Assembly: GCA_045535075.1 (NCBI GenBank)
Contig: JAZSKX010000015.1
Span: 64,001-128,000 of the forward strand
Length of the DNA stretch: 64,000 nucleotides
Direction of reading: 5' to 3'
Origin: Candidatus Spyradenecus sp.
GTDB lineage: Bacteria; Verrucomicrobiota; Verrucomicrobiia; Opitutales; UBA953
The notes beneath the pieces are model-generated. The model searched no databases. It was given only the letters and a program-made list of their open reading frames with translations, and had not been told where the DNA came from. Below, piece by piece: positions 1 through 8,736 of the stretch; the first letter of the stretch is position 1; each line of letters opens with the position of its first letter. The position numbers were made by a program, and so were the translations under genes.

Positions 1-1061
1 ATAAGCTGGATTAATGCAAGTTCGCCGTACCACAAACCGTCTACGACAACCGGAAACGCTTTGTGAATATCCAGTCGCGCAATGGGATCTATCGTCCACT
101 TATCTTCCTGCCCTTTCCACTCGTCCTGCTTTCCTGAATCGTCTTGCGTTCCCGCGAGCAGTTGCCGCAAATTCGCTCCTTTTGCCTTTAAAAGAGCAAT
201 GAATTTCACGTATTGAAGATTTTTTTCGGCGGCTTTTTTCCCTGCATCGGCTTCGCTCAAAAGCGCATTATAAATCGCGGAAGCGGAATCAAGCCCGTCG
301 GGAACGTTGCGTTCGTCTTTTGTCGTTTTATAAAACGCGCAGGCTTTTTCGAATTCGTCCGAGTTAAAGTTTGAGCGGTCGCCGGCATCTTGAGGTTTTT
401 GAGAAAAAACACGTTCGCGGCTTTGGTAAGCGTCCGATTCATATTTTGTTTTTTCAAAAAGCGTATTTGCTCTCAGCAATTCGTCTGCATTCAGGCGCAA
501 TGCTTCATTAATATCGCTGAGATTCCCGTAGCGCGGGAGCGCATTTTCGTTTTCCTCGATTTCATATTGTCCGCGAAAATAACGCAGAGCCAAGGTCGCG
601 CAGTTTTCGCCGAATGTGTTCTCGTAATTCGGATTTGCGCCGAGATTCAGGAAAAATTCCGCGCGGGAACAATCGCCTGCGCGCGCCGCGCGTTCCAGCA
701 AATTATTTTTTTGGTGCTGAGCAAATTCGCCGCCGCTGTGCATGATGTAGGCGCAGAGCGGCTTGTCGTCGAACCAATGCCAGACCGACCACATCGCCGC
801 CGACCAACCGGACGGATCTTTCACATTCACGTTCCCGCCTTTTTTGACGCAGTCTTTGACGGTTGCCAAGTCCTTCGCGTGCGCCGCTTTGAGCAATTTC
901 AAATCCAATTCCTTTTGCTTGTCGACAGATGGCTTCGCTGCCGACTTTGCGACGGCGCGGCGCACGGGTTGCATTTGCGGTTTTTTTTGTACGCATCCCG
1001 TCGGGAACGCAAATACGCTCAGAGCGATTGCCGTGAAAATAATCGGGTTAAAAAATTTCAT
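1..1061 (-). CDS. Ankyrin-repeat lipoprotein, 3'-partial (runs off the left edge)
   Basis: Translated by hand; absent from the ORF track because no stop falls in the window. Starts MKFFNPIIFTAIALSVFAFPTGC (lipobox-like Cys), then ankyrin-like units LLKAAHAKDLATVKDCVKKGGNVNVKDPSGWSA and AEFFLNLGANPNYENTFGEN. Open to base 1. Confidence 0.75.
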   Translation of the reverse strand, partial: MKFFNPIIFTAIALSVFAFPTGCVQKKPQMQPVRRAVAKSAAKPSVDKQKELDLKLLKAAHAKDLATVKDCVKKGGNVNVKDPSGWSAAMWSVWHWFDDKPLCAYIMHSGGEFAQHQKNNLLERAARAGDCSRAEFFLNLGANPNYENTFGENCATLALRYFRGQYEIEENENALPRYGNLSDINEALRLNADELLRANTLFEKTKYESDAYQSRERVFSQKPQDAGDRSNFNSDEFEKACAFYKTTKDERNVPDGLDSASAIYNALLSEADAGKKAAEKNLQYVKFIALLKAKGANLRQLLAGTQDDSGKQDEWKGQEDKWTIDPIARLDIHKAFPVVVDGLWYGELALIQL

Positions 1062-1089
1062 GAATATAAATCCTTTCCTGATAAAATTA

Positions 1090-1755
1090 TTACTTTTTGA
1101 GGCGCGTGATGACTTCCCGCACAAACGGATTGCGTTTCCCTTCCGGAGTTTGCGCATACGTTTTTAGGCGATTCGCCAGCTCCGCATCCGTGCGGAAACG
1201 CTGAAGCGCAAGACGATTCCCCTGCGATGCCGCACGCAAAAGCCGCTGAAAATCATCGACCTGAACGGCAGGTTCTTCCGCCTCAACCTCGTCAGCCTCT
1301 TCAATTTCTGCGGGAACGGATTGTTTGGGCGTAGCCGCTTCCGGCTCGGCTTTCGAAGCACCGAGAGAAAATGCCGGGAGAAAATTTCCGAACGGCGTCG
1401 ATGCTTTCGGCTCCTCTTTTGCTTGCTTCGGCGCAACTTTTTTCGGCTTCTCCGATTCCGATTTCCCGCGTTCTTTTGCCTGTTTCGCCTGCAATGCCGC
1501 AAGAGCGTTTCCGCCGGACTTCGCGCTCATATTCGGGTCGGCGCGAAGCAGCCATTGCTCCGAAAGCAAATCATCTTTTACGACTTCGTTCCCGCTTGCA
1601 TAGCGCGCCGCCAGCTGCTTTTGAGCGTCGTCTTTTCCGCGATTTGCGTCGTGCGCGATTTCCTCGATTCCGGCAAATGCCGTTCCCGCAAAGCCTGCAA
1701 GCGCGGCAGTCAAAATCATTTTTCTTAATATTGTTTTATCGGAGGTCATAAGCAT
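1090..1755 (-). CDS. Secreted protein with a Sel1-like repeat
   Basis: Signal peptide (ILTAALAGFAGTAFA), Sel1-like DAQKQLAARYASGNEVVKDDLLSEQWLLRA, and a low-complexity K/E/P linker. Start could be 1718. Confidence 0.6.
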   Translation of the reverse strand: MLMTSDKTILRKMILTAALAGFAGTAFAGIEEIAHDANRGKDDAQKQLAARYASGNEVVKDDLLSEQWLLRADPNMSAKSGGNALAALQAKQAKERGKSESEKPKKVAPKQAKEEPKASTPFGNFLPAFSLGASKAEPEAATPKQSVPAEIEEADEVEAEEPAVQVDDFQRLLRAASQGNRLALQRFRTDAELANRLKTYAQTPEGKRNPFVREVITRLKK

Positions 1756-1773
1756 CTTTCATTTGGGTTAAAA

Positions 1774-2232
1774 TCATTCGTTCGCGGAGGATTTATTGCC
1801 TTCGGAAACATTCATTAAAACAACGTCTCCGTCGTAGAAGCGCATTTGTTTCTCGCCTTTTAAAAGCAACGGTACGCAGATATCGTCTTCGTTGAACGAT
1901 TCTCCCGCGCCGGCACGCGCATCAACCAGCATGCCGGGGACGAGTCCGGTAAAAATGTCGAGCACCAGCCAGCCGTTTATGCTTTTTTTCAATTTTACGC
2001 GTGTGTCGGCGTAACCTTCTTTTTTCAGAACGACGTACGGTTCCGTGTCTTGGTCTAAATCAATTTCGCACGGTGTCGTTCCCGCCAAATCGCCGTTGAC
2101 ATAGACGCTTGCGCCGGACGGTTTCGAGTCGATTTCCACTTCCTGAAACGTTCCCGTCATAATTGTCGCGCAAGCGCTTTGAAGCAAGGCTGCAAGCAAC
2201 AGAGGAATGAGCATTAAAGAATTTTTTTTCAT
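1774..2232 (-). CDS. PEGA-domain lipoprotein
   Basis: MKKNSLMLIPLLLAALLQSAC lipobox; PEGA pattern IDSKPSGASVYVNGDLAGTTP...LKKEGY. Confidence 0.75.
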   Translation of the reverse strand: MKKNSLMLIPLLLAALLQSACATIMTGTFQEVEIDSKPSGASVYVNGDLAGTTPCEIDLDQDTEPYVVLKKEGYADTRVKLKKSINGWLVLDIFTGLVPGMLVDARAGAGESFNEDDICVPLLLKGEKQMRFYDGDVVLMNVSEGNKSSANE

Positions 2233-2246
2233 TGTTTGCCTTTCGT

Positions 2247-3026
2247 TTAATCTTCGTATTTTACGGGAACGGAAAGCGTCAGCGGGCAAACCGATCTCAA
2301 TTCTTCCGGAAGAACAAATTTCGACTTCATTTTTTGAAATATCTTGCGAGCGCCGTTGTTTACTTCCGAAGCTCCTTCATGTCGCGTCGCTTCGAAATCG
2401 AGAATCGTCCCGTCGTCGGAAATCGTTACGTCTGTCCAAGCCGTTCCCGTCGCGCGATGGCGTCCGGCAATCTTGCCGTGCGTATCACGCACAAATACCC
2501 AAAGCGGCTCGATATATTTTTCGATTTCCAGGATAAGCGTTTCGCGAATTGCATTTTCTAAGGCCTTCATCTCCTTTGACGGATTCAGATTCGACACTTT
2601 CACGTTTCCTTTGTAATAAACGTTTTGAAGCGAATCCTTCGTCAGCACGGGAACGACAATGTAATTTTCCGTGTATTCCCGCGTCGCGCCGCTCCGTGTG
2701 TCGAGAATCCATCCCACCGGTGCAAACGGGAGAAAGAACGTGTTGAGCATCGTGGTGCCGTTCCACTCGTCTTTGATTTGCACACGCGTGTCGGCGTAAC
2801 CGTCTTTTTTCAAAACAATCAGCGGGTGCGAGTCGCGGTTCATGTCAAGTTTCACCGGAGTTCTTCCGACGTATTCACCGTTTGCATACAGCGAAGCGCC
2901 TTGGGGGAACGACGCGATTTCAATTTCTTCTTCCGTTCCGCAGAACATCGTTGCACAGCCGCTCAGCGTTCCCGCAAGTGACAACACAGGCACAACCCGG
3001 AGCGTTTTTTTCAGTAAGTTTTTCAT
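2247..3026 (-). CDS. PEGA-domain lipoprotein with a C-terminal extension (possibly TonB-C/TolA-like)
   Basis: LSGC lipobox; IASFPQGASLYANGEYVGRTP...LKKDGYADTRV; paralog of 1774-2232. C-terminal domain assignment is tentative. Confidence 0.7.
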   Translation of the reverse strand: MKNLLKKTLRVVPVLSLAGTLSGCATMFCGTEEEIEIASFPQGASLYANGEYVGRTPVKLDMNRDSHPLIVLKKDGYADTRVQIKDEWNGTTMLNTFFLPFAPVGWILDTRSGATREYTENYIVVPVLTKDSLQNVYYKGNVKVSNLNPSKEMKALENAIRETLILEIEKYIEPLWVFVRDTHGKIAGRHRATGTAWTDVTISDDGTILDFEATRHEGASEVNNGARKIFQKMKSKFVLPEELRSVCPLTLSVPVKYED

Positions 3027-3037
3027 AAGCAAAAAAA

Positions 3038-3730
3038 TCAGAATGAAACGTTGTAGCCCACGGAGAAAAGAATCCACTTGGGATTAGATACAGAAAATCC
3101 TTCGTCGTCGTGGTTGCTCGAGCACATCAGGTAGTCTGCTCCGAAACGGATAGCGTCTCCGCGATTTCCAAGGTGAATTAAAACGCCTGCACCAACACCG
3201 TAAGTCACAGTAGAACTTGCCTTATGCTCGCTAAGAAGTATCCCCCCGCCCAAGCGAACTCCGCCAAAAACGGAAACAGAGTCTGAAAGCGGCATATGCA
3301 TATTTCCTCCTGCTGTACACGAAAGCAGTGTAAGTTGTTCGTCAACGTCCTCTTGTGTCGAGCCCGTCATAAATCCGAGAAGAAGGTACACTTCCGGTGT
3401 GAACATGGAATCTTCGTCCGATGAATTTTTCAGCCAATTCAATCGAAAGTTAAATCCGTAAAAATTTTCGAAATCCGTCTTCTTGCGAACGTATTCTCCC
3501 CGCCACCAGTAGTATTCGTCTCGAATATAAGCATCTCCGTAGCCGGACATTTTAGCTTTTCCAAAAACGCCTTCGATTCCGACGGAAAATTCCCATTCGG
3601 ATTCTTCCTGAACTTCCGGGAGGTCGTTTATTTCAAATTCGTCGTAAGAAAATTCGTTCTCGAAAGCAAATGCGGGAACGAGCGTGAGAAGCGGGAACGC
3701 CAAAGCGCCTAAGCATATTTGTGTCTTCAT
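3038..3730 (-). CDS. Outer-membrane beta-barrel protein
   Basis: Signal peptide, amphipathic beta strands, terminal aromatic motif VGYNVSF. Confidence 0.7.
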   Translation of the reverse strand: MKTQICLGALAFPLLTLVPAFAFENEFSYDEFEINDLPEVQEESEWEFSVGIEGVFGKAKMSGYGDAYIRDEYYWWRGEYVRKKTDFENFYGFNFRLNWLKNSSDEDSMFTPEVYLLLGFMTGSTQEDVDEQLTLLSCTAGGNMHMPLSDSVSVFGGVRLGGGILLSEHKASSTVTYGVGAGVLIHLGNRGDAIRFGADYLMCSSNHDDEGFSVSNPKWILFSVGYNVSF

Positions 3731-3911
3731 AGTTTTAGGTTAGATGGGGGTTAAACGAGTTTTCATTTTACCCCCCCTAAAAGTTGTCAAGATGTTTTCG
3801 GAGCGCATTTTGAGGCGGTTTTACGTTTTCGCGGGGCGTTGTAATTTCGGATTAAGAATCACAAAGCTTTAAAGTCGCAAAGATTCGGATTCCCGGCGGG
3901 AACGCAATTTT

Positions 3912-4613
3912 TTAGAAGCTAATCGTGAATCCGAGCGAGTAAACGGTGTATGTTTGACTGCCGAGATAGATTCCGTCGACTTCCGGGGCCGCTTCAGTGC
4001 TCAAGCGCTCAACGCCGAAGTTCATCGCGAAATTTTCCGAAAAAGCGAGGCTACAGCCCATACCCCAGCCGTAAGTCAGTCCGAGATCGTATTCCTGATC
4101 TGTGTCGTGATTTCCGTAGTCAACAGAAAAGAGAATGGCTTCGCCTCCCATGCGTGCGCCGACATAGAGCGAAAACGCCGAGCCGATGTTGTAGCGCAAA
4201 TTCGCGCCCAGCGTGCACATGAAGTGGCGAACTTCGTATTCCAAAAAAGACTCTTCGTATCCGTAGTTGACCTTGTAAACATCTCCGCACCCGAATCCGA
4301 ATCCGCCGGAGATGAAGAATTCCGGAGAAAGCGTTTGAGGTTCATTGCTTGCGGGGATTTGGCGAATCGAATAACAGAGGTTTAGACCGTAAAAATCCGG
4401 ATCGTCCTTGAAGTAGCTGCCAGCTGATTCCGCGTAAAAAACCGACCCGCCGAATCCGGATAAATGCGTAGCCGGGGCGAATTCTTCCGGCGCGGTATTT
4501 TGCGTCAAGTCGGTTTCGTATTCGGTAAATCCGTCATAATATTCCTGCGCAAAAGCGCCTGCGGGAACGGCAAAAAGAAGAGCAAGGGTTGTGAAAAAAG
4601 AGGAGAATTTCAT
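3912..4613 (-). CDS. Outer-membrane beta-barrel protein
   Basis: Signal peptide AFA-Q; LGANLRYN..YVGARMG shared with neighbours; ends LGFTISF. Confidence 0.7.
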   Translation of the reverse strand: MKFSSFFTTLALLFAVPAGAFAQEYYDGFTEYETDLTQNTAPEEFAPATHLSGFGGSVFYAESAGSYFKDDPDFYGLNLCYSIRQIPASNEPQTLSPEFFISGGFGFGCGDVYKVNYGYEESFLEYEVRHFMCTLGANLRYNIGSAFSLYVGARMGGEAILFSVDYGNHDTDQEYDLGLTYGWGMGCSLAFSENFAMNFGVERLSTEAAPEVDGIYLGSQTYTVYSLGFTISF

Positions 4614-4664
4614 GGTGTTGGAGTTTTGGATTAAGGGGGTTATGCTTTTTTTGAGTTCGTAATT

Positions 4665-5153
4665 TTAGCGGGAACGGCGTTTGGTTGAGCTCGGACGTTT
4701 GGTAGGAGCTTGCTGTTTTTTCGGAGTGGCGCGCTCGGGAACGGTACGACGCGGAGTTTCTTCGTAAATGATTGCGCTTACGGATTCCGGAAGTTCCCAC
4801 ATGGCTCCGGTTGCGGGATCGACAATGACAAGCCCGATGAGTCCGCCGAAGATCGCGTTCCCGAAATACCACGGGTCAATCGAGCTATCAATCGTCAGCG
4901 TGTTGCCGGCGGCGAATTCGACCTTATAGGTTGCTCCGTCGAAAAAGCCGTCTCCGGCTTCCAACGGAATCGTCTGCGGCGTTTTGCCCGTAATAACTTT
5001 TTCGCCGTCTTCGTTTTTTACAACGAAACTTTTTCCGGGCGGAAAAGAGTCAATCATAACCGGATATATGCTTTCACTGACAATCGATGCGCAACCGGAG
5101 CTCGCAACAACAAAAGCGAGCATCGCGGGAACGAGGATGGGAGATTTTTTCAT
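4665..5153 (-). CDS. Lipoprotein related to the PEGA lipoproteins
   Basis: SSGC lipobox; IDPWYFGNAIFGGLIGLVIVDPATGAMW hairpin similar to the C-terminal part of the two PEGA lipoproteins. Confidence 0.7.
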   Translation of the reverse strand: MKKSPILVPAMLAFVVASSGCASIVSESIYPVMIDSFPPGKSFVVKNEDGEKVITGKTPQTIPLEAGDGFFDGATYKVEFAAGNTLTIDSSIDPWYFGNAIFGGLIGLVIVDPATGAMWELPESVSAIIYEETPRRTVPERATPKKQQAPTKRPSSTKRRSR

Positions 5154-5176
5154 GGTTGAGTCGCGTGGTTTTGGAA

Positions 5177-5962
5177 TTAGAACGTGTATTTGTAGCCGAG
5201 AGAGAACATGTTGAATTTCTGCTTTTCAACCGTGACATTTTCTCCTCCGTATGTGTTGATTTCGGATTCTGCCGTGCTTCCGACAAATGCGTATCCGAGC
5301 GTCATCGCATGATGTTCATTAAACTTCCATTGAATTCCGGCTCCGACCCCGTAAGCGAATCCGAAGCCTGCTTCCGAGTCGTAGTTAGCATCTTCAACGT
5401 AAAGCATGCTTCCGCCGATACGTGCTCCCGCATAAATGGAAAAATTATTGCTGATGTGCCAACGGATGTTGGCTCCGAGTGAAGTTTCTACAAACCAAAC
5501 GCCGTATTCGCTCCAATAACCTCTCCAGCCGCTACTTCCGGAATATTCGCCTTCCCCGTAAGAATAGCCGCTGAGCCAATACAAATCATAAGAGAAATTA
5601 TCGGAGAGTGAGCGTTCTATCCCAAATTTCAGATTAAATCCGATCATGTCGACAGACGTGTCGTAAAGCATGTCTTCTGTCGGCGATACGGAAGTAATCT
5701 CTGTTTCCATGTAAAACGGAAATTGAGAAATATTGCTGTCTTCATATTCGTACTCAAATTCATCCCAAATCGAGCTGTCGTATTGATATCGTTTGGGAGT
5801 TGCGTCGGGATTTTTGGGTTTTTGCCCGGGGAGCGAACCGAGCGATCCGCCCGTATTCAGCCAAAGGTTTTTGTTGATAGCTTCTTCGTCAAAAGCCCAA
5901 GCATTCAGAGTACCGCATGCGTGGACACAAACTGCGAGTGCTAGAATTTTTGCAAGTTTCAT
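5177..5962 (-). CDS. Outer-membrane beta-barrel protein
   Basis: MKLAKILALAVCVHACGTLNAWA signal; LGANIRWH..YAGARIGG; ends LGYKYTF. Confidence 0.72.
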   Translation of the reverse strand: MKLAKILALAVCVHACGTLNAWAFDEEAINKNLWLNTGGSLGSLPGQKPKNPDATPKRYQYDSSIWDEFEYEYEDSNISQFPFYMETEITSVSPTEDMLYDTSVDMIGFNLKFGIERSLSDNFSYDLYWLSGYSYGEGEYSGSSGWRGYWSEYGVWFVETSLGANIRWHISNNFSIYAGARIGGSMLYVEDANYDSEAGFGFAYGVGAGIQWKFNEHHAMTLGYAFVGSTAESEINTYGGENVTVEKQKFNMFSLGYKYTF

Positions 5963-6006
5963 AAGTGTCAGAGTTTTTTGGGGTAAAATACAAATCGTAT
6001 CTCTTT

Positions 6007-6023
6007 GCAATGCAAAGCATTGC
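6007..6023. promoter_or_regulatory. Inverted repeat GCAATGC-AAA-GCATTGC, candidate operator in the divergent promoter region
   Basis: Perfect 7-3-7 inverted repeat between the secreted-protein cluster and the RHH gene; function inferred. Confidence 0.35.
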
Positions 6024-6088
6024 GTTTATTTCAAAAAGTTTCAAGGGTTTTGTTTCGCTTTGTCTGATATTGCACGACAATAGCTTGC

Positions 6089-6292
6089 ATGAAACCGAAG
6101 AAAAACGCTCAGATGAGCATTCGCATTGACGACGAATTTCAAACCCGAATAAAGCAGTTTGAAGATGAGACGGGCGTTCCGATGGCGACGCTTGTCCGAG
6201 CGGCGACGGAGGCGGCGTTGAACTACTATGATCGGGCGCAATCCATCACGTTTCCGCTGAAATGCGAGCCCTTGCGAAATCCGAAAAACTAA
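6089..6292 (+). CDS. Ribbon-helix-helix (CopG/Arc-like) DNA-binding protein
   Basis: 67 aa; MSIRIDDEFQTRIKQFEDETGVPMATLVRAATEAAL fits a beta-helix-helix pattern; followed by a terminator. Confidence 0.7.
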   Translation: MKPKKNAQMSIRIDDEFQTRIKQFEDETGVPMATLVRAATEAALNYYDRAQSITFPLKCEPLRNPKN

Positions 6293-6321
6293 AAAATCCC
6301 GCACGAAATGCGGGATTTTTT
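6291..6321. terminator. Bidirectional intrinsic terminator
   Basis: AAAAAATCCCGCA-CGAAA-TGCGGGATTTTTT between convergent genes. Confidence 0.8.
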
Positions 6322-6359
6322 ATTGGTGCTTCGGGAGGCGCGTCCGTCGGGCGGTGTTA

Positions 6360-7001
6360 TTATTTGCATTTTATCCAACCGCGTTGCGGCGTGATAAGAT
6401 ATTGCAGGGGAATGTCCGTCGGTTCATGCGGGATCGACTCCAAAACCTGGCAATCAAAAGCAAGCCCGACGGTAACCGCGCTCGGCGGCAGTTTTTCCAA
6501 AAATCGATCGTAATAGCCTTTTCCGTAGCCGATTCTGTTCCCGTGAATATCGAAGACGACGCCGGGAATTATGTGGAGTGTCGGTTGGTTAAGAGGGATT
6601 TCTTCGCAATGCGGGAGCGGCTCAAGCACGCCGAACGTTCCCGTTGCAAGATCTTCCGCCATGTTTTGAACGCGAAAAAGTTTGATTTCGTTGCCGAAGA
6701 CTTTGGGAACGCAGGTGATTTTCCCCGATTCAATGGCACGAAGAATTCCGCCGTGATTACTGACCTCGCTACGGACGGAAATGTAACTCGAAATGCAATT
6801 CGCCTGATGATAAAGCGGATGTGCACGCACCTCATCACGAATAATCGAAGAAAGTTGGAGAAATTCCGGTCCGTTGATTTGATCCCGCAACGCCAAGTGC
6901 CGAATGCGCAACTTCTTTTTCTCGTTTTGAATTTCCGAGAGAGCGGAGTCTGCGACAAATCCGGGATATTGGACTTCTCTCGGTTTGCGGGGAAAGCTCA
7001 T
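6360..7001 (-). CDS. 5-formyltetrahydrofolate cyclo-ligase
   Basis: IIPGVVFDIHGNRIGYGKGYYDRFL signature. Confidence 0.92.
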   Translation of the reverse strand: MSFPRKPREVQYPGFVADSALSEIQNEKKKLRIRHLALRDQINGPEFLQLSSIIRDEVRAHPLYHQANCISSYISVRSEVSNHGGILRAIESGKITCVPKVFGNEIKLFRVQNMAEDLATGTFGVLEPLPHCEEIPLNQPTLHIIPGVVFDIHGNRIGYGKGYYDRFLEKLPPSAVTVGLAFDCQVLESIPHEPTDIPLQYLITPQRGWIKCK

Positions 7002-7012
7002 TGCAGAAGGCG

Positions 7013-7420
7013 TTAAGAATTGGAAAAAGCGGCTTGGAGCTTCTCAATGAAGAACGTCGGCGGCTTGATTGCCTGTCCTTCACGATTCATAAAGGCGTGC
7101 TGCGTGTGCCCCGTCGCCAACAATTCGTTCCCGCGAAAAATTTCATAATCGATGTGGATGCGTACACGCGGCATTTCCGGCATGGTGGCACGGATGGAAA
7201 TCACATCGTCGTAGCGCGCGGGAGCACGGTATTTCAGATTAGCTTCCAAAACCGGAAGTAAAAAACCGTTTGCCTGCAATTCTGCATACGGCAAGCCGAT
7301 TCCCGCGAGCAACTGCGTGCGCGCAACCTCGCACCACGGCAAATAATTGGCGTGATAAACGACACCCATGGCGTCGGTTTCGGAAAAGCGGACTCGAATT
7401 TGTGCGGTTGTTTGAAGCAT
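7013..7420 (-). CDS. Acyl-CoA thioesterase, YbgC/FadM (4HBT) family
   Basis: VRFSETDAMGVVYHANYLPWCEVAR motif. Confidence 0.9.
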   Translation of the reverse strand: MLQTTAQIRVRFSETDAMGVVYHANYLPWCEVARTQLLAGIGLPYAELQANGFLLPVLEANLKYRAPARYDDVISIRATMPEMPRVRIHIDYEIFRGNELLATGHTQHAFMNREGQAIKPPTFFIEKLQAAFSNS

Positions 7421-7438
7421 GAAATATAAACGATTTAA

Positions 7439-7522
7439 TGGTGCCGAAGGCGGGACTCGAACCCGCACGCCCGAAGACAACGGATTTTAAGTCCGCAGCG
7501 TCTACCATTCCGCCACTCCGGC
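7439..7522 (-). tRNA. tRNA-Leu (anticodon TAA)
   Basis: Reverse complement GCCGGAGTGGCGGAATGGTAGACGCTGCGGACTTAAAATCCGT...GGTTCGAGTCCCGCCTTCGGCACCA; long variable arm, encoded CCA. Confidence 0.95.
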
Positions 7523-7612
7523 AACATTGAGCAAGAATTCTGACATTTTTGCGGAATTACTCAAACGGATTTTTATTTTCCTTTTGACTTCGTAGCGGGA
7601 AACGCGCCGCAC

Positions 7613-8542
7613 TTAATGCTTTTTTTGTGTGCGGAGGTAATTGATAAGGTCTCGGGGAAAATTGGTTTCGATAAGGGAAAAACCTTGGCGCGTGAGCCAG
7701 CCCCAGCCGTTGTCGGGCGAATCGAAAAACGAGGCGCGGTCGTCGTGCCCGGCGGTGTGGCTTGCCCACGTTGCGGCAACAAACGCTTTGCTGCCGGAAT
7801 CCAAAATTCGGGGAAGCATGCGAAACGTTTTTGAATTCTCCGATGCCATGCGAAACTGAAAGGCAGCGGGCTTGAGTTTTTCGAGATATTCGTTCACGTA
7901 AGCATCGAGGTTCGGAACGGTATCGCTAATCACCGGACAATAAATAACGCGCTCTAAGTCGTTCCCGAAGACCTCTTTCGCCTTTGCGTAAGGCCAATCC
8001 AAAACGAAAATCGCTTCCTCCAACGCATTGTGTTTTTTTAGAATTTCGAGCAATCTGCGAATGAGCGTTCCCGTGGCGTTGCCCGGCAAGTCGTAGCCGG
8101 CTTTGTCGAGGTAAAGATACGCCTTGCCTCTGACAACGCTGAGGTACTCGTCGAGTGTAGGAACTTGAAATTGCGTGTTCCCGCCCCAATTGGTTTTCAG
8201 ACGCAGTTTTTTGATTTCCGCGAGCGTCATGCGGGAGACGAGGCCGTTCCCGTCGGTTGTGCGGTCAACGCTGTAATCGTGCATGATTACAACGTGTCCG
8301 TCGGCGGTCATGCGCACGTCGGTTTCTATAATATCGGCACCGAAGGCAAGGGCGTATTTCAAGGCAGGAATCGAATTCTCCGGGGCGTGTTGCCACGCCG
8401 CACGGTGCGCCGCTACCCAAACGTAGTTTTCGGGCGCTTTTCCGCGCAAGGGGACAATTGCGCCGTGGCTTTGTGCGGCAAACAGCGTTCCCGTCAGCGC
8501 CAACAAAAAGGCTTTTGCACATTTCCCGAGAAAAGATTTCAT
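7613..8542 (-). CDS. Secreted glycerophosphodiester phosphodiesterase
   Basis: AAHRAAWQHAPENS, IETDVRMTADGHVVIMHD..VDRTT GDPD motifs; signal peptide. Confidence 0.88.
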   Translation of the reverse strand: MKSFLGKCAKAFLLALTGTLFAAQSHGAIVPLRGKAPENYVWVAAHRAAWQHAPENSIPALKYALAFGADIIETDVRMTADGHVVIMHDYSVDRTTDGNGLVSRMTLAEIKKLRLKTNWGGNTQFQVPTLDEYLSVVRGKAYLYLDKAGYDLPGNATGTLIRRLLEILKKHNALEEAIFVLDWPYAKAKEVFGNDLERVIYCPVISDTVPNLDAYVNEYLEKLKPAAFQFRMASENSKTFRMLPRILDSGSKAFVAATWASHTAGHDDRASFFDSPDNGWGWLTRQGFSLIETNFPRDLINYLRTQKKH

Positions 8543-8597
8543 CCTCGGAATCCTCGCAAAAAATTCTTTCTCCGACAAGCGCACGATTTTCTCCTAA

Positions 8598-8675
8598 GCG
8601 GCTTCCCGCGAAATCTTCATGAAAGGCATCGACTACTCCTACTACTACGAAGCCCACGGGAACGAAATTTTCTAA
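8598..8675 (+). pseudogene. C-terminal relic of a class III Fic adenylyltransferase gene
   Basis: Translates AASREIFMKGIDYSYYYEAHGNEIF*, resembling the REx(F/Y)MKGIDxSYYYE inhibitory helix of NmFic-type proteins; an in-frame TAA lies just upstream and the Fic core is absent. Confidence 0.6.
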
Positions 8676-8736
8676 TAAAATTTCATTTGCGCCCTTGAAA
8701 TAGTGCGGGCAATTAGCGGATAATAAGTCCGTCGCT

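Noticed and set aside
390..1100. 236-aa plus-strand ORF
   Set aside because: Shadow of the minus-strand ankyrin lipoprotein.
3771..3777. C7 tract upstream of a beta-barrel gene as a phase-variation switch
   Set aside because: The tract is short, and a single sequence gives no evidence of length variation.
7439..7522. tRNA-Leu as an integration site for the nearby accessory regions
   Set aside because: No integrase in the window, no duplicated tRNA 3' end noticed, and metabolic genes flank it.
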